Source of the DNA: an uncultured Bacteroidales bacterium
GTDB taxonomy: Bacteria > Bacteroidota > Bacteroidia > Bacteroidales > VadinHA17
Length of the DNA: 64,000 nt
Assembly: GCA_963700275.1 (NCBI GenBank)
Contig: CAVOWZ010000011.1
Span: 452,144 to 516,143, forward strand
Direction: 5' to 3'
Below are positions 49,355 through 58,838 of this stretch, piece after piece. Within the stretch, counting starts at the first letter, position 1; each line of letters starts with the position of its first letter. The notes below the pieces were generated by a model, which saw only the letters and a list, made by a program, of their open reading frames with translations, ran no database searches and was not told where the DNA came from. The position numbers and the translations under genes were made by a program.

Positions 49355-49787
49355 TGGCCCAATTTAACAATGCTGAAATCTCTTCAGAATTCAACTTTGC
49401 ATCCTTGTGGAGCAGCAGATAAGATTTCAGCGGCATTTTACCTGATCTCACTTCATCCTTAATTTCTTCGAGCAGTCCTATTTTTTCACGATTACCGTAA
49501 TTTTCCCATTCGGAAAAGTTAAGGTATGATTTTCCATCACGGATATGAGCTGCAAGCAGCCATGATGAAGGTGCCAGCTTTGAATACCAGGGAAATTGAA
49601 CCTGATTTGAATGGCAGTCGAAACAGGATTTTCTCAGCTGGTCCAAAACAGGTACTGTTACCAGGTTGCTGTTAACAATGCTGTTTTTATCCTCAGACTT
49701 ATTTTCAGGAATTCCGGATGGTACGAATTGTATGGCAATTAACACCACCGCCACTGCGATTAGTATTATTTTAATTGCTTTTTTCAT
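49326..49787 (-). CDS. Haem-binding-domain protein (single CxxCH)
   Basis: 153-aa ORF with a signal anchor, the motif CFDCHSN and WYSKLAPSSW, typical of the small haem-binding domain family. Confidence 0.65.
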   Translation of the reverse strand: MKKAIKIILIAVAVVLIAIQFVPSGIPENKSEDKNSIVNSNLVTVPVLDQLRKSCFDCHSNQVQFPWYSKLAPSSWLLAAHIRDGKSYLNFSEWENYGNREKIGLLEEIKDEVRSGKMPLKSYLLLHKDAKLNSEEISALLNWANEASAKILN

Positions 49788-49816
49788 CAGTATATAATTT
49801 TTATTTTAATGGCCTG

Positions 49817-49882
49817 ATGGAACCCACATGTCTGAAAATTATATACATACGTGTTTGTGTTTGCAATACATGTGGGTTTCAT
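49817..49882. repeat. Hairpin repeat family, copy 3
   Basis: ATGGAACCCACATGT (49817-49831) pairs with ACATGTGGGTTTCAT (49868-49882), separated by a 36-nt loop. Confidence 0.75.
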
Positions 49883-49912
49883 CTGGTAATTTGGAAAGGA
49901 TACATTAAAACC

Positions 49913-50299
49913 CTATTTCAGCAAGCTGTCAGCCCTGGCTTCGGCCCATGATTGGAAAATCTTTTTTTCCAGGGGTAACAACTTCATTTCCGGATACTTC
50001 TTAATGACATCCTCAGGTGGCATTTGGTTTTCTTTCAGTACCTTTATGATGTCATCAAGGGATGCTATGAGCCTGCTTTTTTGAAGATTGGACAAGCTAT
50101 CCCACATAAGAGCATCTTTTGCATCCTGCGATTTGCCATTTACACTATGGCATCCGTAGCATTTTTTATCAATTACCTTTTTAACTTCAGCCGAGTAAAT
50201 CGATCTGCTCTGCTGTTCGCTTTGGTTAACAGGTGAACTCTGAATAAAGAGAAAACCAATAATTATCACCAGAACAAAAATAGAGATTGAAATTTTCAT
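49913..50299 (-). CDS. Haem-binding-domain protein (single CxxCH)
   Basis: 128-aa ORF with a signal anchor and the motif CYGCHS. Confidence 0.6.
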   Translation of the reverse strand: MKISISIFVLVIIIGFLFIQSSPVNQSEQQSRSIYSAEVKKVIDKKCYGCHSVNGKSQDAKDALMWDSLSNLQKSRLIASLDDIIKVLKENQMPPEDVIKKYPEMKLLPLEKKIFQSWAEARADSLLK

Positions 50300-50489
50300 G
50301 ATTTTTTAAATTTATACAAATATAAATAAAATGAATCTTACTACTCCTTTTGCATAAGATCGCTGCAATTTGAATTTTGAGTTCGTTGTTCAGGAAAAAG
50401 TTCCGATGCAATGCGTTACATTATGCGGGCCGGGGGAAATTGCGCTGGCATTTTATGTGGTTGGCTCAACAATAGAAGGAATATCGCCT

Positions 50490-52097
50490 TTAAAGGCCGG
50501 TGATCCTGAAGCTTTCAGAGGTTTTATGAAAACAGACTGAAGGATATGTATCCTGCATTATTTTAATCATCCATTCACTATCGGCAAGAAAGACGGGAGC
50601 ATTTTCTTTATCATAAGCTATAAAAGCTGCTTTACGGCTAAGGAATCCATTTAATTCTTTTGGATCATCAAAGGTAAACCATAGTGCTTTCACAAAAGGA
50701 AGTGGACGGAGATCGCAGGCAGCGCCGTATTCATGTTCAAGTCTGAATTTTATAACATCAAACTGTAGCTCTCCCACTGTTCCGATTATTTTTCTGTTTC
50801 CGGGTTGTTGAAGGAACAATTGGGCAAGCCCTTCATCCGTAAGTTGTCTGACACCCTTTTCAAGCTGTTTGCTTTTTGAATGGTCAAGATTTATGACTTC
50901 TCTTAATAACTCAGGTGCGAAGTTGGGGACTCCCTTAAAATGAAGAATCTCACCTTCGGTAAGGGTATCCCCGATTTTCAGAGATCCTGTATCATACACA
51001 CCGATTACATCACCGGGGAATGCCTCGTCTATAGTGTTTTTTGTATTAGCGATAAATGCTGCAGAGGAAGAAAAACGCATTTTCCTTTTTAACCGGGTAT
51101 GGTAATATAGTTTATTCCTTTCGAACGTACCGGAACATATTCTCATAAATGCTATCCGGTTACGATGGTTGGGATCGAGATTCGCATGGATCTTAAAAAT
51201 GTATCCCGTAAAATCAGGATCATAGGGCTTGACTACACGTTCATATGATTCTGAACGGGTTGGTGGCGGAGCTATTTCAATAAAAGTTTCAAGTAACTCC
51301 AGTACCCCGGTATTATTAAGGGCACTCCCGAAGAAAACAGGAGCAAGGTAACCTTCAAGATAGAGGTTTTTCTGAAATGACTCGTACAGACCTGTAGCAA
51401 GATCGATTTCTTCCCACAGGCGGCTTAATATTTCCTGTCCGACATATTCTTTAAGCACAGGATCTGAAATATCACCGGTTTCCATGAGAAGTTCCGATAA
51501 ATTACTCTTTTCAGGAGTGTAAAGTTGTATGTTGTCTTTGAAAATATTGTAAACCCCCTTGAAATTACTACCCCTGCCTGCAGGCCAGGTAAATGGAGTT
51601 ACTGCAATGTTTAATTCCTCTTCCAGCTCTTCCAGAAGTTCGAAAGGTTCTTTGCCATCCCTGTCCATCTTATTGATAAAGATCATTACCGGGGTTGCTC
51701 TCATACGGCATACCTCCATTAATCTGCGGGTTTGTTCTTCCACCCCTTTAGCGCTGTCAACCACAAGTATTACACTGTCGACAGCTGTCAGGGTACGGTA
51801 TGTATCCTCGGCAAAGTCCTTATGCCCCGGAGTATCAAGTATGTTGATCTTTATTCCCTTATAATCAAAACTCATTACGGAGGTGGTAACCGAAATACCC
51901 CTTTGTTTTTCTATCTCAAGGAAATCAGATGTAGCAGTTTTTCTGATCTTATTATTTCTTACTGCTCCTGCAACATGTATGGCACCACCAAAAAGGAGTA
52001 ACTTTTCGGTAAGGGTTGTTTTACCAGCATCAGGATGCGAAATGATGGCAAATGTCCGTCTTCTTCTTATCTCATCAATTAAACCCACAAGCAACAT
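50490..52097 (-). CDS. prfC: Peptide chain release factor 3
   Basis: 535-aa ORF with GTPase motifs ([40 protein letters not shown]) and an EF-G-like C-terminus. Confidence 0.95.
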   Translation of the reverse strand: MLLVGLIDEIRRRRTFAIISHPDAGKTTLTEKLLLFGGAIHVAGAVRNNKIRKTATSDFLEIEKQRGISVTTSVMSFDYKGIKINILDTPGHKDFAEDTYRTLTAVDSVILVVDSAKGVEEQTRRLMEVCRMRATPVMIFINKMDRDGKEPFELLEELEEELNIAVTPFTWPAGRGSNFKGVYNIFKDNIQLYTPEKSNLSELLMETGDISDPVLKEYVGQEILSRLWEEIDLATGLYESFQKNLYLEGYLAPVFFGSALNNTGVLELLETFIEIAPPPTRSESYERVVKPYDPDFTGYIFKIHANLDPNHRNRIAFMRICSGTFERNKLYYHTRLKRKMRFSSSAAFIANTKNTIDEAFPGDVIGVYDTGSLKIGDTLTEGEILHFKGVPNFAPELLREVINLDHSKSKQLEKGVRQLTDEGLAQLFLQQPGNRKIIGTVGELQFDVIKFRLEHEYGAACDLRPLPFVKALWFTFDDPKELNGFLSRKAAFIAYDKENAPVFLADSEWMIKIMQDTYPSVCFHKTSESFRITGL

Positions 52098-52515
52098 TTT
52101 TGTGAATACCTGAAGGGTATTCTTGTTAATAATTTTACAGTGATTTGGCAGTAACGGTTAAAATTATCCGGCTTCTGCCTGGCGTTATCCGACAGGTGAA
52201 TCAGGGTGGAGTATTAGAGCAATATTTCGGGAACCGTTTTTTCATTTGACGGCGCAAAATTAATCTTTTGATATCGAATTAACAATACAAATCCTAAATT
52301 TACGCTGGAATAAGTTAATGTTATACAGAAAGGTTACTGAACCATTCATTGACGGGTTTACATATCGGGGATCCCTGGTTAAAATGGGTTATCATGAGCC
52401 ACCGGCAGAGTGTGATCAGGGGCGTCCGGCTTATGCAATCAATACTTCATTTTTATTAAATTGCGGACTAATTAGCAGGTTAAGAATTTGATTATTGAAT
52501 TTCGTAGGTGAACAT

Positions 52516-54525
52516 ATGAACATCTTTACAAAGTTGCCTGTAAATGATCCTGTTCTGGTCTTTGCAATAATACTTCTTACAATACTTATATCACCTGTGA
52601 TATTGAGAAAATTCAGGATCCCGGGTATCATTGGACTGATAATTTCAGGCATCATAATCGGGCCGGCAGGATTTAATATAATTGAGAAAAATCAAGCCAT
52701 AGATCTGTTTGCAACAATTGGTATGCTTTTCCTGATGTTTATTGCAGGTCTGGATCTCGACCAGCAGCAATTCCACCGGACAAAATATAAAAGCATACTC
52801 TTTGGGTTTCTTACATACACCATCCCATTTGGAATAGGGCTCCCGGTTTGCTATTATCTCCTTGATTATAATCTTATTCCAAGCCTGATGATTTCCAACA
52901 TGTTTGCCACACACACGATGGTTTCATACCCTATTGTCTCGAGACTGGGATTGACAAAAAATGAAGCTGTTGCAGTGGCTACCGGTGGTACAGTCATTAC
53001 TGACACACTTGTGCTGTTGGTTCTGGCAGCCATCACCGGAACGGTAACAGAAGGGAGCAGGGTTGGCCTTTATTTCATTTTATTCTTCTCTTTCATCCTT
53101 TTCCTTCTTTTTATGGTTTATGTAATTCATCCTGTTTCACGATGGGCATTCCGTCGTCTTGAGGATGATAACTATTCCCAATTTGTTTTTGCCGCTTTTG
53201 TTGTATTCATCTGTGCAATTCTGGCCATGGCAGCAGGTCTTGAACCAATTATTGGTGCATTTGCTGCAGGTTTTGTACTCAACAGGCTAATCCCGGCAGA
53301 ATCAATCCTCAGAAACAGGATCGATTTTACGGGAAACGCTTTATTTATCCCATTCTTTTTAATAAGTGTCGGGATGATTGTGGATCTCCGTATCATCTTG
53401 AACAGTCCGATGGCAACTATAATCGCGATTGTTCTCACCACGGTGGCACTCGCAGGCAAATATGCTGCATCTGAAATAGCTTCACGCCTACTCGGATTTA
53501 CAAAAGATCAACGCAGACTCCTTTTCGGGCTTACCAGTTCACATGCTGCTGCAATACTGGCGGTGATAATGGTTGGTTACAGGATAGGAATCGTTGATGA
53601 GAATATTATAAACGGAACAATAATTCTTATACTCATTACTTGTCTTGTATCTTCTTTTGTAACAGAATCTGCCGGAAGAAAAATTGCTCTTAGCGGTACT
53701 GAAAGCAGAAATCTATCTAATGATCAGATACACGAAACCATAATTGTGTCACTTTCAAATCCTCAGAGCATGGAGAGGCTGCTAGACCTGGCCTTCGCCC
53801 TTAAAAAGAAAAATCATTCTAATCCCCTGTACGGTCTTTTTGTTGTTGATGACGATGAAACTGCTAATGAGAGGCTGGCTCTGGCAAGATCAACTCTTGA
53901 CCGCGCTGGTATCAGAGCATTGGCGGCAGAAAGGAAAATAGAGACCCTTGTTACAATTGATAATAATGTATCGGTGGGAATTAAACGCGTCGCACGGGAA
54001 AAAAGTGCAACAGATATAATTGTAGGCATATCAGGCAAACCAAAACTTGCCGACTTACTTTTTGGCCGGTCTCTTGAGCAGATGACTACAAATTCTTTAC
54101 AGAACATCTATGTTTTTAATCCGGTCAATCCACTGAATTTGTATAAAAAGGTACATCTTCTTCTGCCTCCGAACATTGAGAAAGAGCTGAGCTTCATACA
54201 TATTCTTAATAAAGTCTTTGATCTTTCAGAAGGCAATACGATCCCACTGGAATCTTATTCTTTTTTTCGTTCCGCATTCCCGATAGAAAAACATCTCAAA
54301 AAGGTAAGAAGCCGGGTCGTTTATAAGTCAAACCCATATACCAGTGAAAAAGAATTGTCTGAGGTAAAATTGATAATCGGGAGCGATGATCTTCTGGTTA
54401 TTGTATCTCCTCAGAGAGGAAGTATCTCATACAGTCCAGCCTATGATACTTTTTTGAAGAGGATAATAAAGGACAATGAAGAGAATGGGTACATTATTAT
54501 CTATCCCGGAATGGTCAGTGTCTGA
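52516..54525 (+). CDS. Cation:proton antiporter (CPA2/Kef-type) with C-terminal USP-like domains
   Basis: It has about 12 TM helices followed by about 270 aa of soluble USP-like region. The ATG at 52516 is preferred over the TTG at 52495 in the ORF track. Confidence 0.8.
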   Translation: MNIFTKLPVNDPVLVFAIILLTILISPVILRKFRIPGIIGLIISGIIIGPAGFNIIEKNQAIDLFATIGMLFLMFIAGLDLDQQQFHRTKYKSILFGFLTYTIPFGIGLPVCYYLLDYNLIPSLMISNMFATHTMVSYPIVSRLGLTKNEAVAVATGGTVITDTLVLLVLAAITGTVTEGSRVGLYFILFFSFILFLLFMVYVIHPVSRWAFRRLEDDNYSQFVFAAFVVFICAILAMAAGLEPIIGAFAAGFVLNRLIPAESILRNRIDFTGNALFIPFFLISVGMIVDLRIILNSPMATIIAIVLTTVALAGKYAASEIASRLLGFTKDQRRLLFGLTSSHAAAILAVIMVGYRIGIVDENIINGTIILILITCLVSSFVTESAGRKIALSGTESRNLSNDQIHETIIVSLSNPQSMERLLDLAFALKKKNHSNPLYGLFVVDDDETANERLALARSTLDRAGIRALAAERKIETLVTIDNNVSVGIKRVAREKSATDIIVGISGKPKLADLLFGRSLEQMTTNSLQNIYVFNPVNPLNLYKKVHLLLPPNIEKELSFIHILNKVFDLSEGNTIPLESYSFFRSAFPIEKHLKKVRSRVVYKSNPYTSEKELSEVKLIIGSDDLLVIVSPQRGSISYSPAYDTFLKRIIKDNEENGYIIIYPGMVSV

Positions 54526-54626
54526 GCTATCGAAGTATGAGAATGATGTAAATCTGTCAGGAAATTGTGTAAGGATTCCAGGGACATATGGACATAACTG
54601 GATAATAATAGTCTGTTTAAGATGAT

Positions 54627-54660
54627 AAAAAAAAAGCGGGTTTCTTACCCGCTTTTTTTA
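54627..54660. terminator. Bidirectional rho-independent terminator
   Basis: The sequence is A-run, GCGGGT, ttctt, ACCCGC, T-run. It lies between convergent genes ending at 54525 (+) and 54676 (-). Confidence 0.85.
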
Positions 54661-54675
54661 ATCTGGTTTTATCGT

Positions 54676-55143
54676 TTACTTTTTGTTGTCAACCGTTAAG
54701 TCCTTCAATGCTTGTCCAATTTCATCCATGTCATGATTAAATTCGCGCTTAAATGATTCCCAATTGCTTTGGTTATTCTCATATGCTGTCAACCTTGCCC
54801 TCATCTCCTTGTTTTGCTGTTCCAGATTAATAATCTTTTTTTCGTAAATTGCATCAAATATTTCTCCGGGTTTTTTCATTTTTACATTCAGTTCAGTAAT
54901 CCTGACTTCATTAGCCTTGATTTTCAGTTCAGAATCGTTCCTGAATGCTTCCCACTCTTCAGCGGTTGCTACTACCTGAGCTGCAACATTTGCATCCTTC
55001 TGAGCTGCATTCAATTCTTTTTTGGCATCCTGCACTTTAGCCTGGGCAGCTTCCTGCTTTTGGACCGCTGACTGACAACTTGTGAAGATTGTTCCTGCCA
55101 TAAGAATTATTGTTACAGCAAGGGTAGAAATTTTTTTATTCAT
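54676..55143 (-). CDS. Coiled-coil lipoprotein of unknown function
   Basis: 155-aa ORF with the lipobox IFTSC and a Gln/Ala/Lys-rich heptad-like sequence. Confidence 0.6.
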   Translation of the reverse strand: MNKKISTLAVTIILMAGTIFTSCQSAVQKQEAAQAKVQDAKKELNAAQKDANVAAQVVATAEEWEAFRNDSELKIKANEVRITELNVKMKKPGEIFDAIYEKKIINLEQQNKEMRARLTAYENNQSNWESFKREFNHDMDEIGQALKDLTVDNKK

Positions 55144-55207
55144 TTTCTTAATATTAAGTGTGAAAGAATTTTCACGCTGTAAAGATCGCTACCTCTGACC
55201 GGATTAA

Positions 55208-55244
55208 TGTTACAATACTTTTTTAAAAAGTTATATCATTCACA
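55208..55244 (-). promoter_or_regulatory. TGTGAAT-N23-TGTAACA motif, copy b (upstream of 54676-55143)
   Basis: The minus strand reads GAAATGTGTGAATGATATAACTTTTTAAAAAAGTATTGTAACATT, and the TGTAACA box ends 64 nt before the start codon. Confidence 0.6.
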
Positions 55245-55301
55245 CATTTCCCAAAGTAAAGCCATACTGATCTTAAAATTTTTGAAGCGAGTTTGAAACT
55301 A

Positions 55302-55338
55302 TGTGAATAATGTAAATCTTTTATTAAGTTATGTAACA
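55302..55338 (+). promoter_or_regulatory. TGTGAAT-N23-TGTAACA motif, copy c (upstream of 55479-55838)
   Basis: The plus strand reads CTATGTGAATAATGTAAATCTTTTATTAAGTTATGTAACAGT. Confidence 0.55.
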
Positions 55339-55478
55339 GTTTCCAGATTACCAGTGCATAAATTTGTTATTCAAATCAACTAATACCTGTTCACGAAAGA
55401 GGCAATTATAAGAACCTGCCTTACTGACAGAAACTAGAACAATCAAATATAATCACTTCTAAAAAATACATAAGGCAA

Positions 55479-55838
55479 ATGAAAAAAGTTCTGAATACCA
55501 ATCCAGTGAGACCAGCCCAGGACAAGGATATGGAAGACAATCTCCCGGAATACTCTATTTATCCGGACAGTGAAGATATCTACAATAAATTTAAGAAGGA
55601 GAAAAACATGGATCCTGAGGACATTTCCAAAGTAAAAAAATCAGATCTTAGTGATATAGCCCGGGTAAATATTGAGGAAGAATTTACTGATGATATTTCT
55701 GGCAGAGACCTGGATATTCCTGGTTCAGAGTTGGATGATGAGCAGGAAAATGTCGGTAATGAAGATGAGGAGAATAACTATTACAGTATAGGAGGAGATA
55801 ATCACAACAATCTGGATGAAGATAAGGATGAATTATAA
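55479..55838 (+). CDS. Highly acidic, probably disordered protein of unknown function
   Basis: 119-aa ORF rich in Asp/Glu/Asn (…DDEQENVGNEDEENNYYSIGGDNHNNLDEDKDEL). Confidence 0.5.
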   Translation: MKKVLNTNPVRPAQDKDMEDNLPEYSIYPDSEDIYNKFKKEKNMDPEDISKVKKSDLSDIARVNIEEEFTDDISGRDLDIPGSELDDEQENVGNEDEENNYYSIGGDNHNNLDEDKDEL

Positions 55839-55901
55839 GGGTATTATTAACATCGCCTGACCAGCTGAGTGAGGTCAGCGTGGTCGGCTTCATAAAATTG
55901 A

Positions 55902-56174
55902 TCAGATTTTCCCTTTTCTTTTCCAATAAGCCCTTGCTTCAGTTTCTAATTTTGCTAATCTTGTAAAATAATCAGGAAACTCCTTTAAATGTGCCCAGGC
56001 AATTTTTCCCGTCAAATTTTTGTCATTATTTGTAACATTAGTTTCCGGATATTTTGTCCCATGTTCTAACTCAACATTTATACCTTTTGTGAATTCCTCC
56101 AGTTTTATTTCATTCCAATCGATACCCAGATCATCACCGATCACTTTTGCATCCTTTGAATTTATTTTTTCCAT
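55902..56174 (-). CDS. Conserved hypothetical protein (ELEHG motif)
   Basis: 90-aa ORF (…FTKGINVELEHGTKYPETNVTNND…IAWAHLKEFPDYFTRL). It is tightly packed, 1 nt after the HPF gene. Confidence 0.55.
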   Translation of the reverse strand: MEKINSKDAKVIGDDLGIDWNEIKLEEFTKGINVELEHGTKYPETNVTNNDKNLTGKIAWAHLKEFPDYFTRLAKLETEARAYWKRKGKI

Positions 56175-56175
56175 C

Positions 56176-56490
56176 TTAATAATCTTTCAAACGTCCGGTT
56201 ATTTTTTCCAAAGAAGTTTTCAATTTGTCTATGGCGCCAAAAAGAGACTGTTCATGGGTATTTGCATGGTTGGTAACTGCGATTGGTTTCATACCTGCAA
56301 GTCTGGCTTCCACTATGCAGCGTTTATCTTTGTCCCCGTCTTTATTGCCATCTTCATCGGAGAAATGAACTTCCAACCTGGTTATCTGTTGACTGTACCG
56401 GCTTAGTTCTTCCGATATTAAAGATGTTGACGAAGCTATAAGACCTTCGCTCCCAGTTACATTTTTATCTGTATTAAATTGTATTTGCAT
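56176..56490 (-). CDS. HPF/RaiA-family ribosome-associated (hibernation) factor, short form
   Basis: 104-aa ORF (MQIQFNTDKNVTGSEGL...ITRLEVHFSDEDG...CIVEARLAGMKPIAVTNHANTHEQSLFGAIDKLKTSLEK), matching the family beta-alpha-beta-beta-beta-alpha pattern. Confidence 0.7.
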   Translation of the reverse strand: MQIQFNTDKNVTGSEGLIASSTSLISEELSRYSQQITRLEVHFSDEDGNKDGDKDKRCIVEARLAGMKPIAVTNHANTHEQSLFGAIDKLKTSLEKITGRLKDY

Positions 56491-56504
56491 TTTTCCCCAT
56501 TTAA

Positions 56505-57665
56505 TTAATAACGAAATATTGCTGCCAGCCCTGTTTCTGAAGGCATCTTACCGGTTGGAAGAACCATCACCTTTCCACCCATCTTCATTACCAATTCTCC
56601 CATATCGTCGAGCAGGTCATCTACTTTCGGATTTATCAAATCCTTTTTCTGTGTATTACCCGTCACCAGATTTGTAATCCTGACAGGAATTATCCGGTCG
56701 GCTTCAACAATGAGCGTATCAACCCGTCCCTCAACTGCGGCCACAGCAACTTCCTTGTAATCATCACTCCCTTTGCCATTTGCCCTTGCCTGCTCAAACG
56801 TGGCAACCAGTTTGTCAAGTTTCAGGTTATATTCGGGTTCCATTATTTCCCAGGCCATAATTGCCAGTTTATCTGGTGAAACTGATGAAGGGTTAATTGC
56901 AATACCATCGGGTAGCAATAATGGATTTTTATTTACCTTACGAAAAAGGCTGTGATGTTCGGTCAAAGCAGCAAGAATGAGTGGCCAGCCTGAAGGTTTC
57001 GTATATTGTTCATAAATCATATTCGCAACGACACGAAAAAACCGTTCAGTGTCTTTTTCAGTTTCTTCTTTTCTTCCTCCATGACCATGGTGCATGGGCG
57101 AACTTTCTCCTCCTGAACCACCATAAGAGGCAACAGTTGTATGCTTGTCTGTCAATTCATCACCAAGCGCTTCATTTATGGTTTTTGGAGTATCAGCAGT
57201 GAGTTCAACTTCAGTAAGTGAGTGACGGTTGCCTTCAAAAAGCCGGATATCACGAAGTGTTAAGCCCAAAACGTGGAAATGGTCAGGAGATTGTAAATAT
57301 TGCCGCAGCGGTTTGGTATGGAAGCTGTCGGCCACTATTGCCAATTCCTCAAACGATCTATGTACACCGACAACTTTAAACAAACCGGTTGCACTAAAAA
57401 CGGCCAGACCGTCAAATGTGTGATTCCAGGTATTATTATCGTCAGCAAGAGTTTCGAAAGGTTCAAGATGTTTTTGTACCTCGCCGGGTGAATATTTTTG
57501 CAACAGTGATTCTTTCATTTGCCGGACAAGATTTTTAAAAAGGATGACATCCTGAAGATTTTCAGGATGTTTTTGATGTGTAGGCATATATAGGGAAAGA
57601 CAAGGCGCCTGATCTGCTGTCAGAAGCTCCTGAACCAATTCTTCTGTAAGTAATTCCATTATCAT
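56505..57665 (-). CDS. eRF1/Pelota-like (bacterial archaeo-eukaryotic release-factor, baeRF-type) protein
   Basis: The 386-aa ORF has an N-terminus (APCLSLYMPTHQKHPENLQDVILFKNLV) that resembles what I recall of baeRF-family proteins. This is recognition from memory only. Confidence 0.45.
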   Translation of the reverse strand: MIMELLTEELVQELLTADQAPCLSLYMPTHQKHPENLQDVILFKNLVRQMKESLLQKYSPGEVQKHLEPFETLADDNNTWNHTFDGLAVFSATGLFKVVGVHRSFEELAIVADSFHTKPLRQYLQSPDHFHVLGLTLRDIRLFEGNRHSLTEVELTADTPKTINEALGDELTDKHTTVASYGGSGGESSPMHHGHGGRKEETEKDTERFFRVVANMIYEQYTKPSGWPLILAALTEHHSLFRKVNKNPLLLPDGIAINPSSVSPDKLAIMAWEIMEPEYNLKLDKLVATFEQARANGKGSDDYKEVAVAAVEGRVDTLIVEADRIIPVRITNLVTGNTQKKDLINPKVDDLLDDMGELVMKMGGKVMVLPTGKMPSETGLAAIFRY

Positions 57666-57669
57666 TTAT

Positions 57670-58452
57670 TTACTTTTTGCTCAGTGATTTTAAAGCAGTT
57701 TCATATCTCCTTGTTACCTCTTCCCAGTTAACAACGTTCCAGAAGGCATCTATATAATCTGGTCTTTTGTTCTGATATTTTAAATAATAAGCATGTTCCC
57801 AAACATCCATTACGAGCAAAGGAATTCCCTTTTTTTCAGCAATATCCATCAAAGGGTTATCCTGATTTGGAGTAGAACAAATAAACAGGTTACCTTTATC
57901 ATCAAGACATAGCCATGCCCAGCCACTTCCAAATCTTGTTTTGCCGGAATCTGAAAATTGCTTTTTGAACTCATCAAAGGAGGTAAATGATTTAGTAATT
58001 GCTTCTGATAATTTTCCGGTTGGCAAACCGCCTCCACGGGCTTTCATGCCTTCCCAATAAAATGTGTGATTGAAATAACCACCGCCATTGTTTCTGGCAG
58101 CCATAGGGTATTTACTTATATTCCTGAAAATATCAAGTATATCCATTGATTCCATATCGGTGCCTTTTATGGCATTAATGAAATTGTCATAATATGCTTT
58201 GTGATGTTTGCTGTAATGGATTTCTACTGTCAGCTTATCGATTGACGGTTCAAGAGCATCATAAGCATAGGGCAATGGTTTAAATTCGAATTTGTTTGTT
58301 TGGTTCATGGCAATTAGCTTTTTAGATTGATTGTTTGTTTGATACATTTGCATTTGACCTTTTAGTGTATCCTGAGTTTGTGCGATCGAGTAAGGTTGCA
58401 AACCAAGAACCCCAAAAATCATTAATGCAACAAATGCTTTAAGTTTATTCAT
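57670..58452 (-). CDS. Fe/Mn superoxide dismutase with N-terminal signal peptide
   Basis: 260-aa ORF with LPYAYDALEPSIDKLTVEIHYSKHHKAYYDN and DVWEHAYYLKYQNKRPDY. A secretion-type leader of about 50 aa precedes the domain. Confidence 0.92.
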   Translation of the reverse strand: MNKLKAFVALMIFGVLGLQPYSIAQTQDTLKGQMQMYQTNNQSKKLIAMNQTNKFEFKPLPYAYDALEPSIDKLTVEIHYSKHHKAYYDNFINAIKGTDMESMDILDIFRNISKYPMAARNNGGGYFNHTFYWEGMKARGGGLPTGKLSEAITKSFTSFDEFKKQFSDSGKTRFGSGWAWLCLDDKGNLFICSTPNQDNPLMDIAEKKGIPLLVMDVWEHAYYLKYQNKRPDYIDAFWNVVNWEEVTRRYETALKSLSKK

Positions 58453-58515
58453 AATATGTCCTCCTGATTATTACCCGGAAATTTGCATAAATTTAAGCAC
58501 ATGCTTACAGACAAA

Positions 58516-58552
58516 TGTTACATATCTATATAATAGATTTACATAATTCACA
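58516..58552 (-). promoter_or_regulatory. TGTGAAT-N23-TGTAACA motif, copy a (upstream of the SOD operon)
   Basis: The minus strand reads AAAATGTGTGAATTATGTAAATCTATTATATAGATATGTAACATT, and the TGTAACA box ends 63 nt before the SOD start codon. Confidence 0.6.
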
Positions 58553-58670
58553 CATTTTCAATAATGTTGCATTTATTAATCAGAGTCTGATACTATCAAA
58601 TGTGTTTAGTGATTCTCAAAAGCCTGGAATATCAACTTTATGCCTGATTTTTTGATTTTTGGAGAAAAAA

Positions 58671-58838
58671 CTACTTTTCATCAGGAGTATCCTCAGGAGT
58701 TTCAAGGTGTGTATCAATCTCCCGGATAATATCATCAATATCGATGTTCTCCTGAGCATTATCATCCGATAAACCCTTATCTTTTTCCGGGTCATTTTTT
58801 GGCTCCAAATCCTTTTTCTGCCTGAAACGCCGTTTCAT
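58671..58838 (-). CDS. 55-aa disordered basic/acidic protein with a Pup-like acidic helix, translationally coupled to the AAA+ ATPase
   Basis: Hand translation gives MKRRFRQKKDLEPKNDPEKDKGLSDDNAQENIDIDDIIREIDTHLETPEDTPDEK*. Its ATG overlaps the ATPase TGA (ATGA at 58838-58835). It is below the 60-aa cut-off of the ORF track. Confidence 0.55.
   Translation of the reverse strand: MKRRFRQKKDLEPKNDPEKDKGLSDDNAQENIDIDDIIREIDTHLETPEDTPDEK

Noticed and set aside
52098-52515. A possible ncRNA or riboswitch in the 400-nt divergent region between prfC and the antiporter gene
   Set aside because: I could not identify any known riboswitch core or a convincing conserved stem set by eye. Without comparative data there is nothing to support a call.
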